NCBI GenBank assembly: GCA_965221385.1
Contig: OZ244885.1
Span: 2,709,314-2,773,313 of the forward strand
Direction: 5' to 3'
DNA length: 64,000 nucleotides
From: Dehalococcoidia bacterium
GTDB taxonomy: Bacteria; Chloroflexota; Dehalococcoidia; Lucifugimonadales; UBA3495
The notes under the pieces are model-generated. The model had not been told where the DNA came from. It saw only the letters and a list, made by a program, of their open reading frames with translations, and did no database searches. Positions 1-9,198 of the stretch are shown here, piece after piece. Each line of letters begins with the position of its first letter. Position 1 is the first letter of the stretch. A program made the position numbers and the translations under genes.

Positions 1-161
1 CGAGAGGCTGGCCAACCTCGCGCCTGTTTGGTCTGCTTTCATCGTCCAGGGCCGGGGTATGCTTTGCCGTATGCCCATTAAGGGGAATTCCGGTTGACTG
101 TTTTGGGTCATGGTGCTAATGTTCAGCCGAAAATCCAGTGGAATCAAAGGGAGGGCGAGCT

Positions 162-1862
162 ATGCCAACAATGTCCGGCGCCCGGTTCGTGGCGGAGACT
201 TTCAAGGGTTACGGTTTGACTCACGTCTTCTACGTCCCGTCCATCGCCCGCCGCATACTGGCGGAATTGGAGATAGCAGGCATCGAGCGAATAGTTACCC
301 ACGGCGAGAAGGCGGCGGTTTACATGGCTGACGGCTACGCCCGCGCCTCCAATGGCCCCGCCGTCTGCATGGCCCAGTCGGTGGGGGCGGCAAACCTGGC
401 TGCCGGCCTGCAGGACCCCTTCCTGGGACTCTCTCCGGTCATTGCCATCACCGGACATCGGCCCCTGTCCCACCAATATCGCAACTCCTACCAGGAGATC
501 GACCATTTCCGGCCCTTCAGTTCCACCACCAAGTACAGCGTGGCGGTGGACACGGTGGAGCAGCTGCCCCACCTGCTGCGCCAGGCCTTCCGTGAGGCAA
601 CCTCCGGCGCGCCCGGGCCGGTCCACATGGATTTCATGGGCATTCAGGGGGAGGTCATCGAGAACGGGGAGGCCGACATGGAGGTCATCGTCGAGGAGGA
701 CTTCAAGAAGCGCTCCTCACTGCGCCCCGAACCCAGCCCCGATCAGATTCGAAGAACGGTACAGGTATTGGCGGAAGCCCGGCGACCGGTTATTGTCGCC
801 GGCGGGGGGGTAACGTCCTCCGGCGCGCAGGAAGAGGTGGTGAAGCTGGCGGAGATGCTCAACATTCCGGTAGCAACCTCGTTGAACGCCAAGGGCGCCA
901 TCCTGGAGAACCATCCCCTGTCCGTGGGGGTTTGCGGGGCCTACTCCCGGTGGTGCGCCAATCGGGTGGTGGCCGAAGCCGACCTGGCCATTTTCATCGG
1001 CAGCCAGACGGGCAGCCAGGTAACCCTGGACTGGCGCATTCCCCTGCCCGGCACGAAGGTAATCCAGATAGACATCGACCCGTCGGAATTGGGGCGCAGC
1101 TTCCCCACGACCGTGGCGATCCAGGGTGATGCCAAGGCAACCGTATCCCGCCTGGTGGAGGCCCTGGAACCCGTATCCCGGACCGAGTGGGTGGAACGGG
1201 CCCAGCAATTGGTGCAGGAGTTCCGCGATGAGGTGGCTCCGGACTGGCATTCCGACGCCCAGCCCATCCGGCCCGAACGCATCTGCCAGGAATTCACCGA
1301 CAACCTCCCCTCGGACGCCATGCTGGTTTCCGACACCGGGCATTCTGGCATTTGGACCGGCGCGTACATAGAACTGCACCACCAGGAGCAGGAATTCATG
1401 CGGGCCGCCGGTTCGTTGGGATGGGCCTTGCCCGCCGCCCTGGGCGCCAAGTGCGCGCTGCCCGACCGTCCGGTGGTGGCCTTCACCGGAGACGGCGGCT
1501 TCTGGTACCACGTTTCCGAGTTGGAAACGGCAACCCGCTACGGCATAAATGCGGTCATCGTAGTGAACGACAACCGCTCTCTGAACCAATGCCGGGTGGG
1601 GGATGAACGGGTGGTGAACGCCAATTACCCCGGCATGAGCGCCGATGCCATGTGGCAATTTACCGATGTTGACCTGGCCAAGGTGGCCGAATCCATGGGT
1701 TGCTTTGGCATAAGGGTCACCGACCCGGCCAATATTTCCTCTGCCATTGAGGAGGCGCTGGCCTCCAACCGGCCCGCGGTGGTGGACGTGGTTTCCGACT
1801 GGGATGTGGTTGCGCCGCCGCCCTGGGGCCCCAGCAGTTCCGAACGGGTTCGGTACGATTAA
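162..1862 (+). CDS. Thiamine-diphosphate-dependent enzyme, acetolactate-synthase-large-subunit-like
   Basis: ORF 138..1862. Start moved to ATG 162, which follows AAGGGAGGG. N-terminal FVAETFKGYGLTHVFYVPS resembles a ThDP Pyr domain. C-terminal TGDGGFWY...VIVVNDN resembles the ThDP/Mg motif. Confidence 0.85.
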   Translation: MPTMSGARFVAETFKGYGLTHVFYVPSIARRILAELEIAGIERIVTHGEKAAVYMADGYARASNGPAVCMAQSVGAANLAAGLQDPFLGLSPVIAITGHRPLSHQYRNSYQEIDHFRPFSSTTKYSVAVDTVEQLPHLLRQAFREATSGAPGPVHMDFMGIQGEVIENGEADMEVIVEEDFKKRSSLRPEPSPDQIRRTVQVLAEARRPVIVAGGGVTSSGAQEEVVKLAEMLNIPVATSLNAKGAILENHPLSVGVCGAYSRWCANRVVAEADLAIFIGSQTGSQVTLDWRIPLPGTKVIQIDIDPSELGRSFPTTVAIQGDAKATVSRLVEALEPVSRTEWVERAQQLVQEFRDEVAPDWHSDAQPIRPERICQEFTDNLPSDAMLVSDTGHSGIWTGAYIELHHQEQEFMRAAGSLGWALPAALGAKCALPDRPVVAFTGDGGFWYHVSELETATRYGINAVIVVNDNRSLNQCRVGDERVVNANYPGMSADAMWQFTDVDLAKVAESMGCFGIRVTDPANISSAIEEALASNRPAVVDVVSDWDVVAPPPWGPSSSERVRYD

Positions 1863-1922
1863 CGCTGCGTGAAGCCTAGAATAAAGGGTGAAGAGCAAAG
1901 GCCAGGATCATTCCCTGGTGGT

Positions 1923-1950
1923 GTAGGGGCGCACAGCCGTGCGCCCCTAC
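1923..1950. repeat. REP-like 28-bp perfect palindrome, copy 1 (GTAGGGGCGCAC-AGCC-GTGCGCCCCTAC)
   Basis: 12-bp GC-rich arms with a 4-nt loop. Lies between the convergent 3' ends of the ThDP enzyme gene and plsY. Confidence 0.9.
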
Positions 1951-2070
1951 GGTTTACGCCTGACCGTCCCCGTAACTCCTACCCCTGCCACCTTAATAAC
2001 ACACAACGGATACAGGAAATGGCATTCTTGAGTTGACGGCGCTAATTCGCGGAAGGCAACCCGCGGTTGG

Positions 2071-2814
2071 TCAGGACTTTTCGGACAGGTCAGGGCCGAG
2101 GCCGGGGTCGGCCAAATCTTCCAGACCTTCGATTTCGGTGGGTTGGCGGCGTTTCTTCGCCAGATGAGGGGCGCGCATGCGGTGTATTAGTACATTGTGG
2201 AAGATGACCAGCAACGCCAGCACGGACAATTCCATGGCAAAGAGGCGCTGGTCGTAGAAGAGTGGGAAGACTTGGCTGAGCGCCAGCAGCAACGAGTAGC
2301 AGGCCGCAATTCCCACGGATGAGCGGAAGGCCGACCGGCGGGTCAGCAGCACCGCCACCACGCCCACTACTATACCCAATATGGACAGTAGGGGAGTCAG
2401 GGCGACGGTAACCCCCACCAAGGTAACCATGCCGTCCCCACCCCGGAATCGGGTGAAGATCGACTTCCAATGTCCGGCTACCGCAGCCCCGCCGGCCAGG
2501 ATGAGGCCGTCAGCCGGCACGCCCAGCAGACCGGCGAACTTCACCGCCAGAAACCCTTTGGCGGCATCCCCGGCGAATACCAATATTCCGTTGCGGCGGC
2601 TGATGTTCCAGAAAACGTTGGCCGTTCCGGCGCGGGTGCTTCCCGTGTTGAAAATATCGATTCCCCGGCGCCTGGCAACTATGTGGGCCAGGGGTATGGA
2701 ACCAAGCAGGTATCCCACCACAATTGCCGCTACCACACTTTGAACCAACTCGAAGTCTGAACTCACTACTGCCGGTACCTTTTCGTTATTTTCGCAAACC
2801 AATGCCGAGGGCAC
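2071..2814 (-). CDS. plsY: Glycerol-3-phosphate acyltransferase PlsY-like membrane protein
   Basis: Hydrophobic multi-TM ORF with YLLGSIP...GTANVFWN...GDAAKGFLAV motifs typical of PlsY. Start uncertain: GTG 2814 or an internal start. Confidence 0.7.
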   Translation of the reverse strand: MPSALVCENNEKVPAVVSSDFELVQSVVAAIVVGYLLGSIPLAHIVARRRGIDIFNTGSTRAGTANVFWNISRRNGILVFAGDAAKGFLAVKFAGLLGVPADGLILAGGAAVAGHWKSIFTRFRGGDGMVTLVGVTVALTPLLSILGIVVGVVAVLLTRRSAFRSSVGIAACYSLLLALSQVFPLFYDQRLFAMELSVLALLVIFHNVLIHRMRAPHLAKKRRQPTEIEGLEDLADPGLGPDLSEKS

Positions 2815-2972
2815 AGTTGGGATGTAAGCTAATATAGCATCCCTTCAACCCGAATTACAGTGTCAAACCATGTACGTCGCCCCAATATGTAGGGGAATAT
2901 CTTCGTCGCAATCCCTTTTTCAGGATTCACCGACGGACTCCCATGGACGGTGGCTGCCATCGGATGAACCGG

Positions 2973-2981
2973 TGATATAAT
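2973..2981 (+). promoter_or_regulatory. Extended -10 promoter candidate (TGaTATAAT)
   Basis: Perfect TGnTATAAT 67 nt upstream of ATG 3048. No clear -35 element. Confidence 0.4.
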
Positions 2982-3047
2982 TGGCCGGCTTCATCTCCTG
3001 GATAGGTTGCCCCAAAGCGGATTGAACTGAACCGGTGAGGAGAATGT

Positions 3048-3821
3048 ATGAAGAAGGTCCGTATCGCCCTCCTCCATCTGGCGCCCATTACCAGCCACAT
3101 CGAGCATAACCGAGAGCTGGTGGAGAAGGGCACCCGGGCGGCAGCGGAAGCAGGCGCCAACTGGGTGGTAACCCCGGAACTGTGCATTCCAGGGTACATG
3201 TTCATGAAGCAAATCGGCACGGATTGGATTCTCCCCCAGCCGGACCCGTGGATGACGGCCTACTGTTGCTTGGTACGCCAACTGGGCCTGACCGTGTTTC
3301 TCTCCCACCCCGAACGGGAACCGGCGACGGATAGGCTCTTCAACACCGCATTCGTCATTGGAAGAGACGGCACAATTGTGGGCAAGCACAGCAAGGTAAA
3401 GGCGCTGCGGGGCGCAGAGGGCTGGTCCACCGGTGGCTCGGTCATCGAACCCGTCGAGTGCGACGGGGTGAAGGTGGGCATACTGGTCTGCGCCGACGCC
3501 TACCGGAACGAGGTGGCCGGCGAGTTGAAAGACAAGGGGGCCGAGATATACGTGTCGCCGGTTTCATGGGGGCCGGGCCAGTGTGCCCCCGACGGGGAAT
3601 GGGAGCAGCGGTCGCTGGATAATGACCTGCCAATTATTGTCTGCAATCGCTCCGGCCAGGAGGATGAGGAACTGGACTACCGGCGGGCGGAGAGCGTGGT
3701 GGCCAAGGATGGGAAGCGGTTGCTGGAGGCCACGTCGGAGGTTTCCGTAGCGCTGCTCTTCGATTGGGACCTGGAAGCAATGGAGTGCCTGTCCGAAGAG
3801 TTTCACCGCATTTACTTGTAA
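3048..3821 (+). CDS. Carbon-nitrogen hydrolase (nitrilase superfamily)
   Basis: ATG after GAGGAG. Contains VVTPELCIPGY (catalytic Glu region), HSKVK (Lys) and GILVCADAY (Cys), typical of CN hydrolases. Confidence 0.8.
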   Translation: MKKVRIALLHLAPITSHIEHNRELVEKGTRAAAEAGANWVVTPELCIPGYMFMKQIGTDWILPQPDPWMTAYCCLVRQLGLTVFLSHPEREPATDRLFNTAFVIGRDGTIVGKHSKVKALRGAEGWSTGGSVIEPVECDGVKVGILVCADAYRNEVAGELKDKGAEIYVSPVSWGPGQCAPDGEWEQRSLDNDLPIIVCNRSGQEDEELDYRRAESVVAKDGKRLLEATSEVSVALLFDWDLEAMECLSEEFHRIYL

Positions 3822-4231
3822 TCCCCTCCGGCAGCCAGGAACCGCTCCAGTATCAGCACGGCGGCGGCGGCATCCACCGCGCCCCGGCTACGGGAGGGCT
3901 GGACGCCAGCGTCCCGCAGCAGGCCCTCCGCCTCCACTGAAGTGAACCGTTCGTCCACCAGGTAAACGGGCAAGTCGGTGCGCTTCTGCAACTCCCGCAC
4001 GAAGCCCCGGGCCAACTTGGCCTGGGCGCCCTCCTCCCCGGTCGGGGTATAGGGAATTCCCACCACGAAAGCCTCAACTCCCCGTTGGTCGGCTGCCGCC
4101 AGCACAGAGGCCAGGTCGCTGCGTAAGGTCTTACGCTCCAGGAACCCGGCGGGCACTACCGGCGTTCCCGGTTCGCCGCCGGCGGCCAAGCCAATGCGCC
4201 GGTTTCCCAGGTCCAGGGCCAGGTATTTCAT
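3812..4231 (-). CDS. ruvX: Holliday junction resolvase-like nuclease RuvX/YqgF
   Basis: MKYLALDLGNRRIGLA start and DERFTS motif. Lies directly downstream of alaS, a conserved arrangement. Confidence 0.9.
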   Translation of the reverse strand: MKYLALDLGNRRIGLAAGGEPGTPVVPAGFLERKTLRSDLASVLAAADQRGVEAFVVGIPYTPTGEEGAQAKLARGFVRELQKRTDLPVYLVDERFTSVEAEGLLRDAGVQPSRSRGAVDAAAAVLILERFLAAGGDYK

Positions 4232-4255
4232 GCCAGGCCGCCCCGTTCCTGCAGG

Positions 4256-7150
4256 TTATTTCTGAACCGCATCCCGGATCAGTTCGGCGATGCGGCGCAG
4301 GGCATCATCCAATTTTTCCGCCTGCCGACCACCGGCCTGGGCCAGCTCCGGTTGGCCACCGCCCCCGCCGCCCATGACCCGGGCGGCATCGCGCACCAGG
4401 TTGCCGGCATGGAGGCCGCGCTCCACCAGGTCGGGCGTGACCATCACCACCATAAGCGGATTGCCGTTCACCACCGCGCCCAGGCAGATGGTTGCGCTGG
4501 GCAATCGGGTCTTGATGAAGTCCCCCATTTCCCGCATGGCTTCCGGGCCGTTGGCCGACGTGCGGCCAGAGACCAGTTTCACCCCGTCAATGTCCTGAAC
4601 TCCTTCCAGCAGGGCCTCGGCTTCCGCCCGCAATGCCCGCTGTTCCAGGGTAGCCAGGCGGCGGCGCAAATCGTCAGTGTCCTGGAGGAATGTTTCCAAG
4701 CGGGATTCCAGGTCCGCAACCGGCGTTTGAAGGCGATGGGCTAGGGCATTAAGCCGGCTCGCCTGTTCGACGAAGAGCTGTTCGGCAGCCCTTCCGGTAA
4801 CGGCCTCAATGCGGCGCATTCCGCCACCGATGCCGGACTCGCCCAGCACGAACAGTGTGCCAACCTGGCCGGTGGCGCCCACGTGAGTGCCACCACACAC
4901 CTCCACGCTGAAGGCCTCGCCATTGGCCATTCGCACTACCCGGACCGTGTCACCGTAGCGGTCGCCAAAGAAGGCCAACGCTCCATCCCGCACCGCCTCG
5001 GCGTAGGTGCTTTCCTGGGTGACAACCTCCAGGTTTTCGCGAACCTTGGCGTTGGCCAGGCTTTGGACATTCAGCTGCTCCTCCGGAGACAAAGGCCCCA
5101 CGTGGCTGAAGTCGAACCGCAACCGGTCTGCCGTGACCATGGAACCGGCCTGCCTGACGTGGTGACCCAGCACGGACCGCAGGGAGGCGTGGAGCAGGTG
5201 GGTACCGCTGTGATTCCGGGCGGCGTCCAGCCGGCGGCCGGCGTCAACCCTGGCGGAAACCACCTCTCCCAGGGAAATATCGCCGACCTCCACCACTCCC
5301 GAATGGACGATAAGGCCAGCCACCGGGCTCTGGGTATCCTCCACCCGCACTGTTCCATTGGGTCCGGAAATGTGGCCCTGGTCGCCCACCTGGCCGCCGC
5401 TTTCCGCGTAGAAGGGGGTGCCTTCCAGCAGAACCTCCACCCTTTGCCCCTGGCTGGCATGGCCGGCCGACCCGCCATCAACCAGGAGCGCCGCCACCCG
5501 GGTATCCTGCTCCAGTTGCCGGTAACCAACGAAGTGGGTGGCGTCAATGCCCAGGTTCTCGTAGGCGGTCAGTATTTCCATGCTACCCGTAAAGCCCTGG
5601 GCGGACCTGGACTGCTCCCGTTGCTTTTCCATCTCCCGCTCGAAACCCTCGGTATCCACGTCCAGGCCCTGTTCGCGGGCCATTTCTGCGGTCAACTCAG
5701 GCGGAAAACCGTAGGTGTCGTAGAGGATGAAGGCTTCCCTTCCGGTAATGGCGCCGGACCACTGTGGAATACTGGATTCGACGGCGTCCGTGGGTCCGTT
5801 GGTGGACTCGGAAGATACCTCGGCCAAAAGCGCCTCGCAGGCCAGGGCGGCGCCCATGTTCTCCGATTCGTTGGCGCCCAGGTGGTCATCCGGCAGGGCA
5901 TCGGCCAGAGAAACGGCGGCAGTCAACTGCCCCTGGACTTCCAGCGTCCTGCCCCGGTAAGCCACCATGCCTCGGAGAATGTCATTTCCCCGTTCAAAGG
6001 TTCTGCCGAACCGCTCTTCCTCCAGGCCAATTACCCGGAGAATAAAATCATTGTTTTCTGCCAACTCCCCATAAACGGGGGCAAAGCTGGCCAGCACCTC
6101 GGCGGCTACCTGGGTCAGGAAGGGCTGGTTCAGGCCCAGGCGGCGTCCGTAGCGAATCGCCCGGCGCACAACCCTCCGCAGCACGTAGCCCCGGCCCTCG
6201 TTGCCCGGTACAACCCCATCGCCGATCAGGAAGCTGGCGGCCCGGGCGTGTTCGGCCACCACCCGCAGGGCATAATCGATGTCTTGGTCTTGACCGTAGG
6301 ACTTGCCGCTCAGTTCGCAAGTCTTGTCGATGATGGGGCGAAACAGGTCGGTTTCATAGACATTGGGCTTGTTCTGTAGGACGGCGGCGGCCCGTTCCAG
6401 GCCCATGCCCGTATCGACGCTGGGGGCCGGCAGGGGAGTCCTGTTTCGCTCCGGGTCCTGGTAGAACTGCATGAAAACCAAGTTCCACAGTTCGACGAAC
6501 CGGAGGCAGTCGCAGTTGGGATGACAGCCTGGAATCTCCTCCTCCTGTCCTGTCTCCCGAACCCGACGGAAGATGCCGGTCAGCTCAGCCGTAGGTACTA
6601 TGGAACCACAGCCCTTTTCCGCCCCGCCGTCATAGTGGATTTCGGAGCAGGGCCCGGTGGGTCCTTCGGTGCCGGCCGGCCCCCACCAGTTATCGCTGTC
6701 ACCGTAGCGGTAAATTCGTTCTTCCGGAACGCCGATGCTGTCCCGCCAAATCAGGTGTGCCTCATCGTCGTCCAGGTGGATGGTGACGTACAGCCGTTCC
6801 GGTGGCAATTTGAACAGGGTGGTAACCAGTTCCCAGGCAAAGGCAATGGCATCCTGCTTGAAATAGTCGCCGATGCTGAAATTGCCCAGCATTTCAAAAA
6901 AGGTGAGGTGCTTGTGGTCTCCCACCTCGTCGATGTCGGTGGTGCGAAAGCTCTTTTGGTAGCTGGTCAACCTTCTGTTGGGGGGAGTCTGCTCTCCCAT
7001 GAAGAAGGGCTTGAAGGGCACCATTCCTGCGCTGGTGAATAGCAGGGTCGGGTCGCCGGCTGGTATGAGGGAAGCGCTGGGCATGTGCAGATGCCCCTTT
7101 CCCTCAAAGAATTGGATGTAGGAACTCCTGATTTCATCACCGGTCATCAA
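4256..7150 (-). CDS. alaS: Alanine--tRNA ligase
   Basis: FTSAGM, FEMLGNFSIGDYFK, WNLVFMQF, YDTYGFP and the C-terminal editing-domain HxxxH/CGGTH motifs. At 964 aa it is longer than usual because of inserts. Confidence 0.97.
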   Translation of the reverse strand: MMTGDEIRSSYIQFFEGKGHLHMPSASLIPAGDPTLLFTSAGMVPFKPFFMGEQTPPNRRLTSYQKSFRTTDIDEVGDHKHLTFFEMLGNFSIGDYFKQDAIAFAWELVTTLFKLPPERLYVTIHLDDDEAHLIWRDSIGVPEERIYRYGDSDNWWGPAGTEGPTGPCSEIHYDGGAEKGCGSIVPTAELTGIFRRVRETGQEEEIPGCHPNCDCLRFVELWNLVFMQFYQDPERNRTPLPAPSVDTGMGLERAAAVLQNKPNVYETDLFRPIIDKTCELSGKSYGQDQDIDYALRVVAEHARAASFLIGDGVVPGNEGRGYVLRRVVRRAIRYGRRLGLNQPFLTQVAAEVLASFAPVYGELAENNDFILRVIGLEEERFGRTFERGNDILRGMVAYRGRTLEVQGQLTAAVSLADALPDDHLGANESENMGAALACEALLAEVSSESTNGPTDAVESSIPQWSGAITGREAFILYDTYGFPPELTAEMAREQGLDVDTEGFEREMEKQREQSRSAQGFTGSMEILTAYENLGIDATHFVGYRQLEQDTRVAALLVDGGSAGHASQGQRVEVLLEGTPFYAESGGQVGDQGHISGPNGTVRVEDTQSPVAGLIVHSGVVEVGDISLGEVVSARVDAGRRLDAARNHSGTHLLHASLRSVLGHHVRQAGSMVTADRLRFDFSHVGPLSPEEQLNVQSLANAKVRENLEVVTQESTYAEAVRDGALAFFGDRYGDTVRVVRMANGEAFSVEVCGGTHVGATGQVGTLFVLGESGIGGGMRRIEAVTGRAAEQLFVEQASRLNALAHRLQTPVADLESRLETFLQDTDDLRRRLATLEQRALRAEAEALLEGVQDIDGVKLVSGRTSANGPEAMREMGDFIKTRLPSATICLGAVVNGNPLMVVMVTPDLVERGLHAGNLVRDAARVMGGGGGGQPELAQAGGRQAEKLDDALRRIAELIRDAVQK

Positions 7151-7225
7151 AGCGGTTCACCTGTTTAAGTGGCAAGGCTCTTTGGCCGGCGGCGTAGGCA
7201 AGGTAGGTGCGGGCCGGCAGGTAGG

Positions 7226-7255
7226 ATTGTATTCCAGCCCTCTGGCGCCGGTCAA
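7226..7255 (-). promoter_or_regulatory. Sigma70-like promoter candidate for alaS (TTGACC-N18-TACAAT)
   Basis: Read on the minus strand. The -10 element lies about 75 nt upstream of ATG 7150. Confidence 0.4.
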
Positions 7256-7324
7256 ATACAGGACGGCGAAAAAACCCGCGTTTTCTGCACTGGCGAGCTT
7301 GCCTTGAGGAAGCCGTGGAATGCC

Positions 7325-7353
7325 TTGACCCGGAATAAGGGGGACTTTACAAT
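7325..7353 (+). promoter_or_regulatory. Sigma70-like promoter candidate (TTGACC-N17-TACAAT) for the SWIM gene
   Basis: Good hexamers with 17-bp spacing, about 85 nt upstream of ATG 7440. Divergent from the alaS promoter. Confidence 0.45.
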
Positions 7354-7439
7354 TTAATCCGTCCTTAATGAAGGCTATTTCCATTGGGTTTGGCCTTCGT
7401 TCGGCGGTTGTACCCACCCTGGCAGACTAGGAGGGCTGA

Positions 7440-7694
7440 ATGAATTCCGGCTTCATTGGGAAGATAGACAAGGCCAAAAAGTACGCGGAAGAGAAGGAAC
7501 GGGTTCACATCAACAGCTTCCACGCCACTTTCGAGGGCAATCACAGCACCTACCAGGTGAAGTTCGAGTCCGGCAAGTGGCATTGCGAGTGCCTGTTTTT
7601 CTACACCAGGGGCGTGTGCAGCCACACCATGGCCTTGCAGCGAATTCTCGATGACGTTCTGGCCCAGGGGGAGAATGCCGTCGAGACCACTTAG
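7440..7694 (+). CDS. Small stand-alone SWIM-type zinc-finger protein (84 aa)
   Basis: GGAGGG RBS. CECLFFYTRGVCSH matches the CxCxnCxH SWIM signature. Confidence 0.6.
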   Translation: MNSGFIGKIDKAKKYAEEKERVHINSFHATFEGNHSTYQVKFESGKWHCECLFFYTRGVCSHTMALQRILDDVLAQGENAVETT

Positions 7695-7733
7695 CTCCGC
7701 GAACCGGGCGCCTACGCCACAATCCGCACAGCC

Positions 7734-7769
7734 AATTGAGCCGGGAGCGTCATCGCTCCCGGCTCAATT
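7734..7769. terminator. 16-bp perfect-stem hairpin between convergent genes (bidirectional terminator candidate)
   Basis: AATTGAGCCGGGAGCG-TCAT-CGCTCCCGGCTCAATT followed by TTG. Lies between the SWIM gene and fabF. Confidence 0.55.
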
Positions 7770-7854
7770 TGTGGCTCGTATGGGGGTTGTGGCTGCAACG
7801 GCCCTGACCGTGCCCCCAAGCCGAAGGAAAGTTAGCGATGCCTCGTTTGCGGCG

Positions 7855-9099
7855 CTATTGCTCGAACCTGCGAAACACGATGCAGGCGTTTTGCCCGCCG
7901 AACCCAAAGGCGTTGGAAAGGGCGACCCTAACGTCCTTCTTCCTGGATTGGTTCGGCACATAGTCCAGGTCGCAGGCCGGGTCGGGGGTTTGGTAATTGA
8001 TTGTCGGGTGAATCTGGCCGGAGGTGATGGTGGCGATGCAGGCCGCCGCCTCCAGTGAACCGGAGGCTCCCAGGGAGTGCCCGGTCATGGACTTGGTGGA
8101 ACTGATGGGGATGTGGTACGCCCGGTCACCGAAAAGCCGCTTGATGGCCACCGTTTCCACGGCGTCGTTCAATGGGGTGGATGTGCCGTGGGCGTTGATG
8201 TAATCCACCTCATCAAGGCCAACCCCAGCATCCTCCAGGGCGCGGCGCATCGCCTCGGCTGCGCTGCTTCCGGTTTCCTCGGGCTGAACCAGGTGGCTGG
8301 CATCGGCGGTGCATCCGAAACCCGCCACCTCCGCCAGCGGGGGTGCGCCCCGTCGGATGGCGTGATCGAGAGATTCCAACGCCAGAATTACCGAACCCTC
8401 GGCGGGAACGAACCCGTCCCGGTCCCGGTCGAAGGGCCGGCTGGCGCCCGGGGGGTCGTCGTTTCGGGTGCTGAGGGCGCGCATGGTCGCGAAACCGGCC
8501 AGCCCCAGTTGACTGATGCCGGCTTCGGCTCCCCCAGTGAACACCACGTCCGCTTCGCCCCGTTGAATCAGGCGCAGGGCCTCGCCGATGGCCTGGTTGG
8601 AGGCGGCGCAGGCAGTGGTGGCTGTGGAGTTATAGCCTTTGGCCCCCAGGTAGTGGCTCATGTTGGCCGCAGCCATATTTGGCAGCACCATGGGGAAGAA
8701 GAAGGGAGACATTCGCATACCGCCCCGCGCAGCCAGCACCCGGCAGTTTTCCTCCAGGGTGGGAAAGCCCCCGTTGCCGTTGCCAATGACCACGCCAACC
8801 CGGTAGGGATCCTCCTGGTCTATGTGGAAGTCCGCCGCCGCAACTGCCTGTAGCCCGGCTGCCACCGCCAGTTGGGAAAATCGGGCCATACGCCGGGCCT
8901 CCCGTGAGGGAATGTACTCCAGCGGGTCAAAGTCGGTGGCTTCGCCCGCAATCCGGCACGGGTAATCGGTGGGGTCGCAGAGGGTCATGGGACCAAGGCC
9001 CGAGTTGCCGGCAACCAGGTTTTCCCAGAAGGTTTCCGCCGACAGGCCCAGGGGTGTTATGGCGCCCACCCCGGTGATTACTGCTCTTCTATCTTCCAT
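7855..9099 (-). CDS. fabF: Beta-ketoacyl-ACP synthase II (copy 1)
   Basis: TTACAAS active-site Cys, NAHGTSTP and GHSLGASG His motifs, and C-terminal NAFGFGGQN. Confidence 0.93.
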   Translation of the reverse strand: MEDRRAVITGVGAITPLGLSAETFWENLVAGNSGLGPMTLCDPTDYPCRIAGEATDFDPLEYIPSREARRMARFSQLAVAAGLQAVAAADFHIDQEDPYRVGVVIGNGNGGFPTLEENCRVLAARGGMRMSPFFFPMVLPNMAAANMSHYLGAKGYNSTATTACAASNQAIGEALRLIQRGEADVVFTGGAEAGISQLGLAGFATMRALSTRNDDPPGASRPFDRDRDGFVPAEGSVILALESLDHAIRRGAPPLAEVAGFGCTADASHLVQPEETGSSAAEAMRRALEDAGVGLDEVDYINAHGTSTPLNDAVETVAIKRLFGDRAYHIPISSTKSMTGHSLGASGSLEAAACIATITSGQIHPTINYQTPDPACDLDYVPNQSRKKDVRVALSNAFGFGGQNACIVFRRFEQ

Positions 9100-9198
9100 G
9101 GTGTTTCTCGGTTACAGGGCCTGGGATTCTCCTTCCATTGGCATAATGGCCCTTGCCGGCAGTTTAATCGATTGCTGCTTTGGTCAGCCGTCCCCGGC

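Noticed and set aside
7151-7324. Possible T-box or other riboswitch leader upstream of alaS.
   Set aside because: The leader is only about 70 nt after the predicted promoter. It has no T-box sequence (AANNNGGGTGGNACCGCG-like) and no specifier or antiterminator architecture.
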